Origin: Selaginella moellendorffii
Lineage: Eukaryota > Plantae > Lycopodiophyta
Direction: 5' to 3'
Assembly: GCF_000143415.4 (NCBI RefSeq)
Contig: NW_003314282.1
Coordinates: forward strand, 1,197,374-1,261,373
DNA: 64,000 nucleotides
Below are positions 11,416 through 23,300 of the stretch, in pieces. The notes below the pieces were generated by a model. The model was not told where the DNA came from. It saw only the letters and a list, made by a program, of their open reading frames with translations, and did no database searches. Each line of letters begins with the position of its first letter. Position 1 is the first letter of the stretch. The position numbers and the translations under genes were made by a program.

Positions 11416-12465
11416 CCCGTGCTCCGTGCGAGTTACTTTCTTGCTTGCGTTTTCTCTTGCCGACGTCCTCGTACTCGATTGGATCGATTATCACTCCCGC
11501 TCGTTTGATTATCTGCGTGGAAATCACGTTTACAATCAAATCAAAACAGGAAGATCGAGAAACAGTAAGAAAAACAAAGCTTACAGATGGTCGTGTCAAG
11601 TCCTGGAAAGCTTTGGTTGGATTGTAATCACCCCCAATGGCATCCGCATTGTTTTCTCGAAAACTTCTTTCGATGTGTAGGGGAATGGCAGCGACGACGA
11701 CAGGAACTTTGCAGCCTGTTACACAGAGAAGTGAGCAAAGAAAAGGAAGAACAGGAAAAAACGCTCCCAGTACCTTCTTATCAGTCTTCTGGCTGATGAT
11801 GACGTGCTTGAGCTTTGCATCCAGTCTCCGCTTCTCGGCCTCTTCTTTCTTTCGCTTGGCCTCCTCCTGTTGCTTTAGCATCCATTGTGGAGGACCTCTC
11901 TTCTTCTGGATGTCTGTCCACTGCCCCCACCCTGGTAAGTCCATTCTCTCGAGTTCTTCTTGGGGACACTCCTCGTCCACTGCGGCCGCTTTTGCTTCTT
12001 GGAACTCGGCTTCCACATCGTCTCCAGCAAAAGCCTCTCGAATCAGATCCTCTTGACTACGTGGAACTATGACTTCGTCACCGTCGTAGTCGAGATCTTC
12101 CTCTTGTTCTTCCATGCTGTTTACAGGTTTTTTGTCCTGCTTGCGACTCGTATCCTTTGGCAGCCCCGCAATCGCCACTTTAAAACTTTCGTCTGCTACG
12201 CTTTTGCTGTTTGTTTCTGGCCTCACAACTTTGTCCGTGCCGAATACTGTCGGGTTTGCGCTGATGACCGAATGTTTCGTCACCTGCACTCCCATCGAGT
12301 CGCCGATTCCTTGTTTTTGCTTTTCTTCTTTGTCTTCTCGCTCTTGTTTCCTGCTATCGTGATTGATTCGTCAACTTTCGTTGTGTGCTCCACGGCAGCA
12401 CTAACCTATATTGCCGCGTTATCTTATTTTGAGGAAAGAAGAGCTATACCGGCTTACCATTCCAT
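11312..12465 (-). pseudogene. UTP14: 5'-truncated duplicate of the 3' exons of UTP14
   Basis: Near-identical to 31514-32626 including introns; LPGWGQW motif; similarity breaks off near 12465. Confidence 0.85.
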
Positions 12466-12703
12466 CCAGATGGTGTTTAACGGGAGGTGTCATACTAATA
12501 AGCACAACACCGTACTGACGTGTCTTTCCATGTAATGACAACTATTGGACACACTTTATGTATGCCTTTACTCTGCCTTATTTTATTGTGTGTTAAAGGC
12601 GCCGACCCCGCCAGCTACATACGTAGTCCAACTTGCAACGTCTTGTCATGACACAGCTGGCTGGGAGTTCAAATAATTCAGCGCTTGAGAGGTCGAGAAC
12701 TCC

Positions 12704-15208
12704 ATGGCTACCAAAGGAGAGCTGTGCTTCATCTTCTCGTCGATCTTCATCCTGGGATTTTCTCGAGCGGAACTGTACTACAGGAATTTCACCAGTGAAT
12801 TAAATGGTCCCCTGTATCCGCTTGATCCATCCGGCTTGAGTGGCCGCTACACTGATTTATGGTCCAACTACACCGACACGGACATGAGCTTCCAGGTGTG
12901 GATGCTGAGCTATGACGCCACAACACCAAGATCGTTCTTCCTGGCACTGGTTGGAATTTGCAATCCAAGTAAGCTCTGGGACCTCACAAAACCGGTCGTT
13001 CTGTGGAAGGCCCGTCAGACGAGGCTTGTAGGAGAGAATGCCACTCTAGCATTCACCACCGATGGAGAGCTCAAGCTTGAAGAAGATGGCGACGTTGTCT
13101 GGTCCTCCAACACCACAAACAAAGGCGTCCGGTGGCTTGCCATATCCGACAGCGCGACCATAATGCTCCTGGATGAAAGTGAAAGCAATGTCATCTGGCA
13201 AAGTAGCGACGAACCTTCTGACACTGTGCTGTTGCAACGAGCGCTTAAGCCGGGATATAAGCTCGTAAGTTGGAATACTTCAGAAGACAGCAGCGACGGC
13301 CTGTATAGCCTTGTCATGGAGAAGAACAGGCTCAAACTGTTGTACGACTCGCAACCATACTGGAGCTTCGGTAATATTACCAGAGAGGAAGATATGTTTG
13401 CGGTCTTCTGCTGGCAGCCAAATGGAGTCGTGTCCCTGGATCTCCGAACTAATTTCTCACAGATAGCCGTTGCGGGCTTGGTACAGCCGGAGTCTTGTGC
13501 CATACCTGGTTCTGAAGACCAAGCGATGCAGCTGCCAATAAACGGGTCACAGTTCACGTCCTCCACTTTCATAAGGCTCACACCAGATGGAGATGTGGAC
13601 CTGTACTCCTGGAATTGGACGGGTAGCAACTGGGTGACTTATCTCAGCTTTTCCAATCACTTCAAGTGCTTCCTTCCAAGTGCATGCGGGAAATATAGAA
13701 CCTGTAATCCAACATTAGGTACATGCGAAGATACTTGTCCCGAGAGCTTTACCAAGAAAGATGAAGATTGCCAGCCATCGTTTCCACTTCAGATGTGTGA
13801 GGAGATGGAGTATCGATTCGTTCGGAAGGAGGGAACTGATTACTTCTCCACAAATTATACTGATCCACTCAATGTTGCATCGGAAGAAGATTGTCAAGGG
13901 CTGTGTGAGTCGAATTGCAACTGCACGGCTGCCTTCTATAGTGACCGGGCCTGCTTTCTCGTGCATGGAGACGTGCAATCACTTCGAACTGGACAATACG
14001 TTGCGTTATTGAAAGTTGCACAGCCACGAAAGAATTCCAGGAAGCACGTCCAGGCCATCACCTTGGGAGTACTTATTCCAACAGTCGTCCTACTGATAGT
14101 AAGCCTCGGATGGCGCTGCCGGAGGAACAAGGAAGATGACGACGAGGGAGAAGAAGAAAGCACCTTGCAGCTCTCTCTCATGGCTGGCATGCCGAGGCGT
14201 TTTAGTTACCAGGAGCTCCAGCAAGTCACAGGGAACTTCAGTGACAGACTGGGAAGCGGAGGATATGGAAGCGTGTTCAAAGGAAAACTTACCGATGGAA
14301 CTGAAGTCGCTGTGAAGAAACTTGAAGGCTCCAATCAGAGGAGCAAAGATTTTTTCGCCGAAGTTGGAATCCTAGCCAGGACGCACCACTGGAACCTCGT
14401 CAAGCTGCTGGGATTCTGTGCCCAAGGTCCCAGGAAAAGGCTCCTTGTGTACGAATATATGAAGAACGGGTCCCTGGAGCGATGGATATTTGAAGACGAT
14501 AGAAAGCCTGGCAGTTTTACATGGGACGTTAGATACAACATTGCCTTGGGCACAGCAAGAGGATTGAGTTACTTACATGACGACTGCGCTGAGAGGATCA
14601 TCCACCTGGACCTGAAGCCGGAGAATGTGCTCGTCGACGATGGTTTCCAGCCGAAGATAGCCGACTTCGGATTGTCCAAGCTCATGGACAGGAAGGAAAG
14701 CCAGCTACAACTGACAATTGCGAGAGGCACCCCTGGATACGTCGCACCCGAGTGTGTTCAGGAAGGAACGGTGACTGAGAAAACCGACGTTTTCGGCTAC
14801 GGGGTACTGCTGCTCGAGATGTTAACAGGTTGCAAGAACAGGAACCTCTCAAGTGATTACCTGAAGGACTTCTTGTTAGTCAGTGGACAGAACGACAGTG
14901 CTGCTGCTCACCTCCATCAAGACGAGAAGAAAAGAGAAAGATTGAAGAACGTTGCAGCCTTGTGCGTCCAAGACGATCCAGATTTACGGCCCTCGATGAG
15001 CAACGTGGTACAAATGATACTGGGAGTTACTGAGCTGCCTCAAATGCCCTCGCGATCACAGCTGAATTTCTTTCTTGCTTACAGATCCAAAGAGCACTTG
15101 AACAGGAGCTCAGGCTCGGACGTCTCGCATAGGAGTTTTGATAAGTTGCTGGATTCATCGATGTCATCGACGTCATTTGCAATTTTCTCACAAAATAGTG
15201 GTCGATAG
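12704..15208 (+). CDS. G-type lectin S-domain receptor kinase, non-RD, intronless (RLK2, most diverged paralogue)
   Basis: 834-aa ORF with the same architecture as RLK1; HLDLKPEN; PAN cysteines intact. Confidence 0.92.
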   Translation: MATKGELCFIFSSIFILGFSRAELYYRNFTSELNGPLYPLDPSGLSGRYTDLWSNYTDTDMSFQVWMLSYDATTPRSFFLALVGICNPSKLWDLTKPVVLWKARQTRLVGENATLAFTTDGELKLEEDGDVVWSSNTTNKGVRWLAISDSATIMLLDESESNVIWQSSDEPSDTVLLQRALKPGYKLVSWNTSEDSSDGLYSLVMEKNRLKLLYDSQPYWSFGNITREEDMFAVFCWQPNGVVSLDLRTNFSQIAVAGLVQPESCAIPGSEDQAMQLPINGSQFTSSTFIRLTPDGDVDLYSWNWTGSNWVTYLSFSNHFKCFLPSACGKYRTCNPTLGTCEDTCPESFTKKDEDCQPSFPLQMCEEMEYRFVRKEGTDYFSTNYTDPLNVASEEDCQGLCESNCNCTAAFYSDRACFLVHGDVQSLRTGQYVALLKVAQPRKNSRKHVQAITLGVLIPTVVLLIVSLGWRCRRNKEDDDEGEEESTLQLSLMAGMPRRFSYQELQQVTGNFSDRLGSGGYGSVFKGKLTDGTEVAVKKLEGSNQRSKDFFAEVGILARTHHWNLVKLLGFCAQGPRKRLLVYEYMKNGSLERWIFEDDRKPGSFTWDVRYNIALGTARGLSYLHDDCAERIIHLDLKPENVLVDDGFQPKIADFGLSKLMDRKESQLQLTIARGTPGYVAPECVQEGTVTEKTDVFGYGVLLLEMLTGCKNRNLSSDYLKDFLLVSGQNDSAAAHLHQDEKKRERLKNVAALCVQDDPDLRPSMSNVVQMILGVTELPQMPSRSQLNFFLAYRSKEHLNRSSGSDVSHRSFDKLLDSSMSSTSFAIFSQNSGR

Positions 15209-15741
15209 TTAAACCGGAGTATAATTTAAACGTAGGTATAGTATTGCCTCTGAAAATCACAAAATTTGTTGAGGTTCATTCTTTGTCAAAGAAGTAAAAA
15301 TATACCTTCGGAGGAAGTATTTCGTCCTTGTTCAACAAGAGAATCGCCGATCACAATGCTTCTAGGAGTTTTGGGTTTGGTGGTTCAGAATCGTGTTCTT
15401 CGTTCCCTACGTCGCAGCGTCGCGCAGTGTTTCTTGCCAAGAAAAATGAAAAGTCGCTGTTAGACTCCGCAAACCATTACTAAACAATACCTCACACATG
15501 GTCACATTGCAGTGCCGCATTGAATAGCAATTAGCGTTGAAACAGTCCCGACGAGACAATTTCCTGGCATTACTAAAACTCAACGATGAACAGCGGCACA
15601 AACTATTCCTTATCAGCTGTGTAAACGCGAACGAATAGATAACTTTAGTCATACGTACTTGCGGAAAGACTTCTTCAAAGCTAATGCTTCGAGTCGCTGG
15701 AACTCCCGAGTATGTGAGCGCGCTCTCCAGCAACACAAGCC

Positions 15742-18255
15742 ATGGCTAGCAGAGAGCTGTACTTCCTCGTCTCGTTGGTCTTCATCCTTCGCTCTGCTCA
15801 AGCGGCACAGGAATTTCACCACCAAAATAGATGGTCCTTTGTATCCGCTTGATCCATACGGTTTGAGTGGCCGCTACGCTGGTTTACGGTCAAATTATAG
15901 CGACATAGGTATCAGCAAGGACATGAGTTACCAGGTGTGGATGCTGAGTTATAACGCTGAAACGCCAAAATCGTTTTTCCTGGCACTCATTGCCATCCAA
16001 AATCCAAGGGAGTTTTGGGATCTCACAAGACCGGTCATCCTGTGGAAGGCCAGACAGACGAGGCTTGTAGGTGAGAATGCCACTTTAGAATTTACCACAG
16101 ATGGAGAGCTTAAAGTCGAAGAAGACGGTGATGTCGTATGGTCCACGAAAACTGCAAACAGAGGCGACCGGTGGCTCTGCATTTCCAATCGCGCAACCAT
16201 AATGCTCCTGGACGAAAGCGGAAGCAATGTCATCTGGCAAAGCAGCGACGAACCTTCTGATACTGTGCTGTTGCAACGAGCACTTACGCCGGGACAAAAG
16301 CTCGTAAGTTTCAATACTTCAGAAGACAGCAGCGATGACAGTCTCGTCATGGAGAAAAGCAGGCTGCAACTGTTGTACGCCTCGCAACCGTATTGGAGTT
16401 TCGGTAATATTGGCAGCGAGGAAAACATGTTTGCGGTGTTTTGCTGGCAAAACGATGGTAACGTGTCTCTGGATCTGCGAGCCAACTTCTCACAGATTGA
16501 AACGAAGCGTGATGACTTGGGCTTAGTGTTTTCCTGGTCATGTTCCAGTCGAGGTTTAAAAGACCAAGTGATGGAGTTGCCAATAGATGGGTCACAGCTC
16601 ACGCCCTCCACTTTCATAAAGCTGAAACCGGACGGGGATGTCGTCTTGTACTCCTGGAATTGGACGGGTACAAACTGGATAGATTTCTTCAGGTTTTCGA
16701 CTCTCTTCAAGTGCTTTCTTCCAAGTGGATGTGGAAGATACAGAACCTGCAATTCAGCATCAGGCGCATGCGAGGAAACTTGTCCAGATACCTTTGCAAG
16801 AAGAGGTGAAGACTGCCAGCCACCATATCCCCTAGAGACATGCGAAGACCAGCTCGAGTATCGATTCGTTCGAAGAGAGGGAGCTGATTACTTCTCCACA
16901 AATTATTCCACTCCAGTTCCTGAAGCATCAGTGGAGGCGTGTCAGGGGCGAACTTTCCATGTGAGTCGAACTGCACCTGCACGGCGGCCTTTTATAATGA
17001 CGGGATCTGCTTTCTCACGCACGGCGACGTGCAGTCACTCCGATCTGGGAAGTACGTTGCTCTGCTGAAAGTTGCCCGCCCTCGAAAGGTTTCCAAGACG
17101 CAACTCCAGGCCATCACATTGGGAGTACTTGTTCCAACACTGTTCCTGCTGATAGTCCGTCTCGGATGGCACTGCCGGAGGAGAAATACGCATGATGACG
17201 ACGAGGGAGAAGAAGAAAGCACCTTGCAGCTATCCCTCATGGCGGGTATGCCCAGGCGCTTCAGTTTCCAGGAGCTTGAAGAAGTCACAGGGAAGTTCAG
17301 CAACTGCCTCGGGAATGGGGGATTCGGAAACGTTTTCAAAGGATTACTTGCCGATGGCACTGAAGTTGCTGTGAAGAAGCTCGAAGGCTCGAACCACAGA
17401 AGTAAGGACTTTTTTGCGGAAGTTGGAATTCTAGCCAGGACGCACCACTGGAACCTCGTCAAGCTGCTGGGATTCTGTGCGCAAGGGCCCAGGAAAAGGC
17501 TCCTTGTGTACCAGTATATGAAGAATGGCTCCCTAGAGCGGTGGATATTTGAAGACGACAGAATTCCTGGGAATATTTCGTGGAAACTTAGATTCAACAT
17601 CCCAATAGGCACAGCGAGAGGATTGAACTACTTACGTGTTGAAAGGATAATCCACCTGGATCTGAAGCCGGAGAACGTACTCCTCGACGATGGTTTCCAG
17701 CCGAAGATAGCAGACTTCGGATTGTCCAAGCTCATGAACAGGAAGGAAAGCCAGTTGCAGCTGACGATTACGAGAGGCACCCCTGGCTACGTTGCACCGG
17801 AGTGTATTCAGGAAGGAACGGTGACTGAAAAAACAGATGTTTTCGGCTTCGGGGTTCTGCTGCTCGAGATCATAACAGGCTGCAAGAACAGGAACCTCTC
17901 AGGCGATTACCTGAAGGACTACTTGTTGGTTAGTAACAGAAACGGTAGTGCCGCTGCTCACCTCTCTGAAGAAGAGAACGAAAAGGAAAGATTGAAGAAT
18001 GTTGCGGCGTTGTGTGTTCGAGACGATCCAAACTTACGGCCCTCGATGAGCAAGGTTATACAGATGATGGAAGGAGTTACCGAGCTGCTTCAAGTACCTT
18101 TGGAATCGGAGCTGAATTTCTTTTTCGCTTACAGACCCAAAGATCAGCTTAGCAGAACCGCAGCCTCGAACGTGAATTATAGGAGTTCTGATAAGTTGCT
18201 GAACTCATCTTCCTCGTTTACTGCCTTCTCACAATCTAGCCTGAATGCCCGATGA
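15742..18255 (+). pseudogene. S-domain RLK pseudogene (RLK3)
   Basis: ATG 15742 (MASRELYFLVSLVFILRSAQA) goes out of frame after the signal peptide; 8-bp insertion near 16952-16959; in-frame deletion in the kinase (NYLRVERII vs NYLHDDCVERII). Confidence 0.9.
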
Positions 18256-19295
18256 AATTATACGTTACAACATTGAACGAAAAATATACCTTCGTTGATT
18301 CGCTACTGCTGAAACTGTTGCGCTAAGCCAAAAACAATGTAGCTGCAATATCATTGAATCATCAACCTCCAAAGAAGAACAGTTATATCTTCTCCTATTT
18401 GAGTTCCAGATACTCATAAAGGAAATTCGTCGTCGAAGTCTGTAGAAAAATCGTCAATCAGTACGTGATTCAAAACTAGAAATTATAAGAAACCGTTTCG
18501 AGCTTCGGCTTTCAGCAATAGCAGGCTACAAAAAGAAAAACCTCGCGAAATATCCTGAAAAGCTCCATCAGGAACACAAGAAAAGAGAAAGATTGCCAAT
18601 CGTCATTGCAATGTGGGGTAAAAAGGCAATATTGAGCTTAAAATCGCAGGTGATCTTGAGAGAAAAGGATGGAGCTCCCTCATAAGAGTTTCGAAAAGAT
18701 GCTGAAACTATCAATATCGTTCAAGGATTTGCCACAACACGAGTCCATCTAGAGCACAAAAAAAGGAATAGCAATATTCTTAGCTTGAAGACCAAAATTT
18801 ACCAAACGATGGACAGCGTCTCCCTGGAGCTAACACAGTTGGAGCACAACGTAAGCGCATCACAGCACACTCTTCCTCTATCAACGAACAGCGACCAAAG
18901 TGTGAGCGTCCATCTAAAGCCAAAGGAATTCTTTGTCTAGGCGAAATATATCTCAGATTTCACGGATCTTCTGTGACGAGCTCCAGCGCCAAGAAAAAGA
19001 AATCGCGCCATGGCATTGCATTCTACAAATTGCGAGGTTACTCAGCCGCAAGAATCGAAACTGGAGAAAGCAAACTCAATGAATGAAACATCACCTCAAA
19101 GATCCACCAAAATGCTCGATCAATGCAACATTGCGCCGACCTCCACGGAAATGCGATGTTAAAGCTCTCGATCGGCAGAAATCCATGAGCCATTCATAAA
19201 CCCTAGAACACAAACCCACTTTAAGAGGCCTTAACAGGTCCCGCGTTCGACTCTAGCAAGGTTTTATTATTTAGCCACGTATGATCCAAAAGATT

Positions 19296-19475
19296 CTAGC
19301 TAGCCGATTTCACAGCGTCTCGCAGCCTCGCGTAGTCCTCGAGCTTGTTGTAAATCTGGTGAGAAACTCTCGCGTACGCCGTCCCGGATCTCTTGCTCTT
19401 CGAATTCGCGCTGGGCGATCCCCCTGCCTGAAAGCAAATCGGGACCTCCACTCCAAACTCCCTCCTCATCTCCAG
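19296..19475 (-). pseudogene. 3'-terminal fragment of the cysteine desulfhydrase-like gene
   Basis: EMRREFGVEVPICFQAGG...ARVSHQIYNKLEDY matches the end of 29650-30960. Confidence 0.85.
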
Positions 19476-20337
19476 AACCTCACCACCACCGCGATGTAAG
19501 GCCACACCTTCCCGTTCACCAGAATGCTATCACCAAAGTAGTCCGGACACCACTGCGGATGAACTGCCGGATTGCTCCCAACATTGGGATAGTTTATGGA
19601 GCCATCACTGAAGAACTGCTTGTCTTGGATCACCAGAAGCACGTAGTCTCTCGGGACCCAGGATGGATCTTCCCATGGCGACTCTATCACGTAAAGTCCG
19701 ACTAAGCCAGCAGCCATGTTGAGCCGGGTCATGCCGTAAGTGTGGTCGTGATACCACAGGAGCGAGTGGCGCTGAAAGCTGGGATAGACGTAGTTTTGCG
19801 TCACGTAACCCGGGTCCCGCTCGCCAACTGATGTAAACCAGGCTTCTGGATGCCCGTCCGACCAGCTCTCTTGTCCATGGAGATGAGTGACCACCAGAAT
19901 GTAGCCGTAGCGCAGACCCGCCCCTAGAATCGTATAGTTGACTGGAAGAAAAAGTACACAATCTTTCCCATGGGACAAAGGATGTTTGTCTCTTTTGGGC
20001 TCTCAAAGTTGGACCTGATATGAAGCTGTATACTCGCTCATGCCGAATGCATTCAGTGTTGTTGGTGGCAAGTCTCTGTGCAGTTTCTGCGTCAACAAAA
20101 AAAAACGAGTCTTGGAAGAGTCTGGAAATCAAGTGGAGAAAGAACGCATACCTGGGTGATTTTGTAAGCTCCAATGGTAACTCTGTAGCGTGGGCTCAAG
20201 TATATCTTCAGTGGGGTTGGAAGAACGTGGATGAACTTTTCCAGCTCCGGGGACGGTGGCAGTTGCAGACAGACCTCATCTGCTTCTACTGTGATGCAAA
20301 TGTCAAGGATGAACAGCGTTATGAACTTCCAAGACAT
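19476..20337 (-). pseudogene. 5' half of the multicopper oxidase, frameshifted and joined to the desulfhydrase fragment
   Basis: Matches 4909-5799 including intron 1; HLHG and WYHDH present; 1-nt deletion near 20020; C-terminal Cu sites absent. Confidence 0.85.
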
Positions 20338-20379
20338 TGGGAATTCTATGGCACGGGTGCTGCGTGAAAAAAGACTGTA

Positions 20380-23300
20380 CAGTGTGATATTGCATTTGCC
20401 AGGTGGCAACATTTGATTGGCCTGCCATAATTATGTTGCTATTATGTACATTGGATGAATGCTTTTAATGGTCATCCATACATGCCTACATAGTACATAT
20501 CTGCTCATCCTTTGATTAGGGTCATTTTTAAGGCGAGGACTAGCAGGACATCTTGAGGGTGGGTTCTTTCAAGGTTGGGGGACAAGAGATTGATTCCTTG
20601 GAGGTGGGGAGTAAAGTCTGAGCGTGCGGGGTGTTTGGCAGACGCTATGACTGGAAAGGTGTGTTTTCTTTGAGGCTTTGTTGTTGTGAGCACATGAGTC
20701 CATGAATGAGAATGGATCCTAGTTTTGGTGGAGATGAGGGGTAGCCACATTGCTGAATGCTCCCATGAGCAGTGTGTGGCTATCCTTCATTCTCAGACCA
20801 TGCAGGAAGCTTGATGATGCTAAATTGAGCAACACAAGTTGTTGGTAATTTGAGCAAAGTAGAGTCAATGAGAGGCTTCTATGGCATTAGAGACTTTCAA
20901 TGAGGATGCCAAGGGCATTGTTGGAAAGTGATGCCAATAGAAACACCCCATGTGCAAGTCTCACCATGGCTAGTGGTGTGGCAGGTTTTTTGAGTGGAAA
21001 CTATGGAGGCAAATATGGCTCACGAGGGTTTTCTGATGGAAGAAATGAGAAATGTGAGTGAGGAGCTGCCTAGAATGCAAGCTGGGAATTCTCCTATACT
21101 TGATATTTTAGAGGAGCAACTTGCAATAGTGGTTTCTACTATTCTCAAGAGTCTTGAGATGATGCGTCATCTCATTGGCACTAGAAGCTCAAGTCTTGGC
21201 CAATGAGCTCTTTTCATAGGGAAGGCTCCACACCCAGCCAGGCTGAAATATCCCACATTCCAACTTGGAGATGATTTTGATAGTTACCTGGATGTATTTG
21301 ATTGCACGGCTTATAACAATCAGGTAATAGGCCATGAATAAATAAATGCTTTCTGTATGGCTCTCTCAAGAGAGGTATAGAGAATGTTTATCACACATTA
21401 TGCTCGAGATCAAATGGTGTCTTGGGATAAGGCCATAGCTTTGGCCAGGAGGCTCTTCATCATTATAACTTTTGAACTTATCAACACAAGAAATTATCAA
21501 AAGGGCAAAACTATGCAGCAATATTGGGTTGTGCTATAACTGGCTGCCACATATATCTTTGATGACATTGACAAGGCAAAGAGGATGGCAAAGCAAGCTT
21601 TTTATCGAGGCTTTCTTGAGGATCTGCAGCCTTATTTGATCACAGCAAAAACGAGATTTGTGGACAAGTTGCTTTCTGTGGCAGCAAAAGCATTAAAAAA
21701 GTGGAAACCCAAAGCAGTTACAGCATGTGCTACTCGGCCAGAGGTACAAGAAAGTGATGACTCAGGAGAGCAAGAGGATTGCCACTATAATGCCAAAAGA
21801 GGTGAAACTAGTCTCAGAAGAACAGATACACCAATGGTCCTAGTGTCAAGTGGTTGGCACCCGCTAATGGTGAAAGGGATAAGTGACCTAGCAAAAGGAT
21901 TGATTGTTACACTTGTGGGAAAGAAGGCCACATCCAGTGTGACTGTACCTACATTGCCGATACAATGACCTAAACCAGCAAGTTAAGGAGAATTTAAACT
22001 AGAGCTTGCACCTAGGCAGGGATCAGGCGCAGATAATGGATACCCTGACTTAAGAGTAGTAGAAGCCATTGCCCTTCTTTCTACAGTCACAGGATTTCGT
22101 TGTGGTCATGATATGGTTCAATTCGCTGAGCTCAGATTTCTCTGAGAGAGTGGTGGCCATGGTGGACACAAGCTGTGAAGTGACGACAGTACCAGAAAAG
22201 TGGGTAACCGAGGCCTCCAAGGTGGTACCCCCCTGTCATCATATATGTATACAACGATGAGTTATATACACCTCGAGGTTTAGTCGACCTTGATCTGAAG
22301 GTTGGGGACACAGCAATGAGGAGATGCAACATTGTTGGGACTTAATTGGATGAATGATGTAGGTGCGAAGATTGAAATAAGGGAGAGGCAACTCACTTTC
22401 TCCGATGGTCACAGACCTATGAAGTTGGGGGGTCTGCTTAAACCTAAATCTTCACGCAAAGCCTTTCATTGCACTTCCGAGTTTAAAACATTTGCTCCAA
22501 TCAAGCAAGGGATGTATCTGTGGAAGGAGCCATGCAAAGAGGCAGTTACGAACGAAGTATTTTTGGTTGATCGAAAGGTGGTGCTACTAAAAGCGGAAGT
22601 AGACATTATGATTCCTCCTATGTCACAGGCATTTGTCCCAACACAATTCTTTATTTGTTGCTGCAAGGGAACATTCATACGCTTGTGGTCCTCATATCAG
22701 GCACTCCAGAGAGGCATGTCAGTAGCTAATGGAATAATTAGTTCTGTATATAAGGACAAGCCTAGCATCCTTATGGCAAACTTGAAGACCTCCACAGTGA
22801 ACGTCAAGTCGGGTGATCCTATAGCTGAGGCAGCATGCAAGGATATCTCGGACATTGTGTGCTATACAGCTGCTTATGGTCTGGATGCTCTTGGATTGCC
22901 AGACCCATACAAAAATTATGTTGGGGGAGCGAGCTGTATGTCATCGGAAAAGCTGCCACTAGGCTCTAAAATTCCTTGGGAGGATAAAAGGAGAACTAAA
23001 AGTTGGAGATATGCTCTCAGGTACGGATCTCATTTCTGAATTTGATGAGTTGCTGTGGCAGTACTGGGAGATTTTTAGTACTGGAACTCTTGACCTGGGC
23101 AAAACTAATATGCTTCGTCGTGAGATCCATACTTCCTCAAGCAGGCCTATCAAGCAGCATGCATACCGTGAAACTCCCAAACAGAGGAGATTAAGAAAAT
23201 GTTAGATGCTGACGTAATTGAGCCTTCATCATCACCCTGGGCATCGCCGGTGGTTCTCGTCGAGAAAAAGGATGGCACAACCAGATTCTGCGTTGATTAT

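Noticed and set aside
20380-20860. Candidate 5' LTR and PBS (TGGTAATTTGAGC near 20842) of the decayed element
   Set aside because: No matching 3' LTR, PPT or TSD, so boundaries cannot be supported
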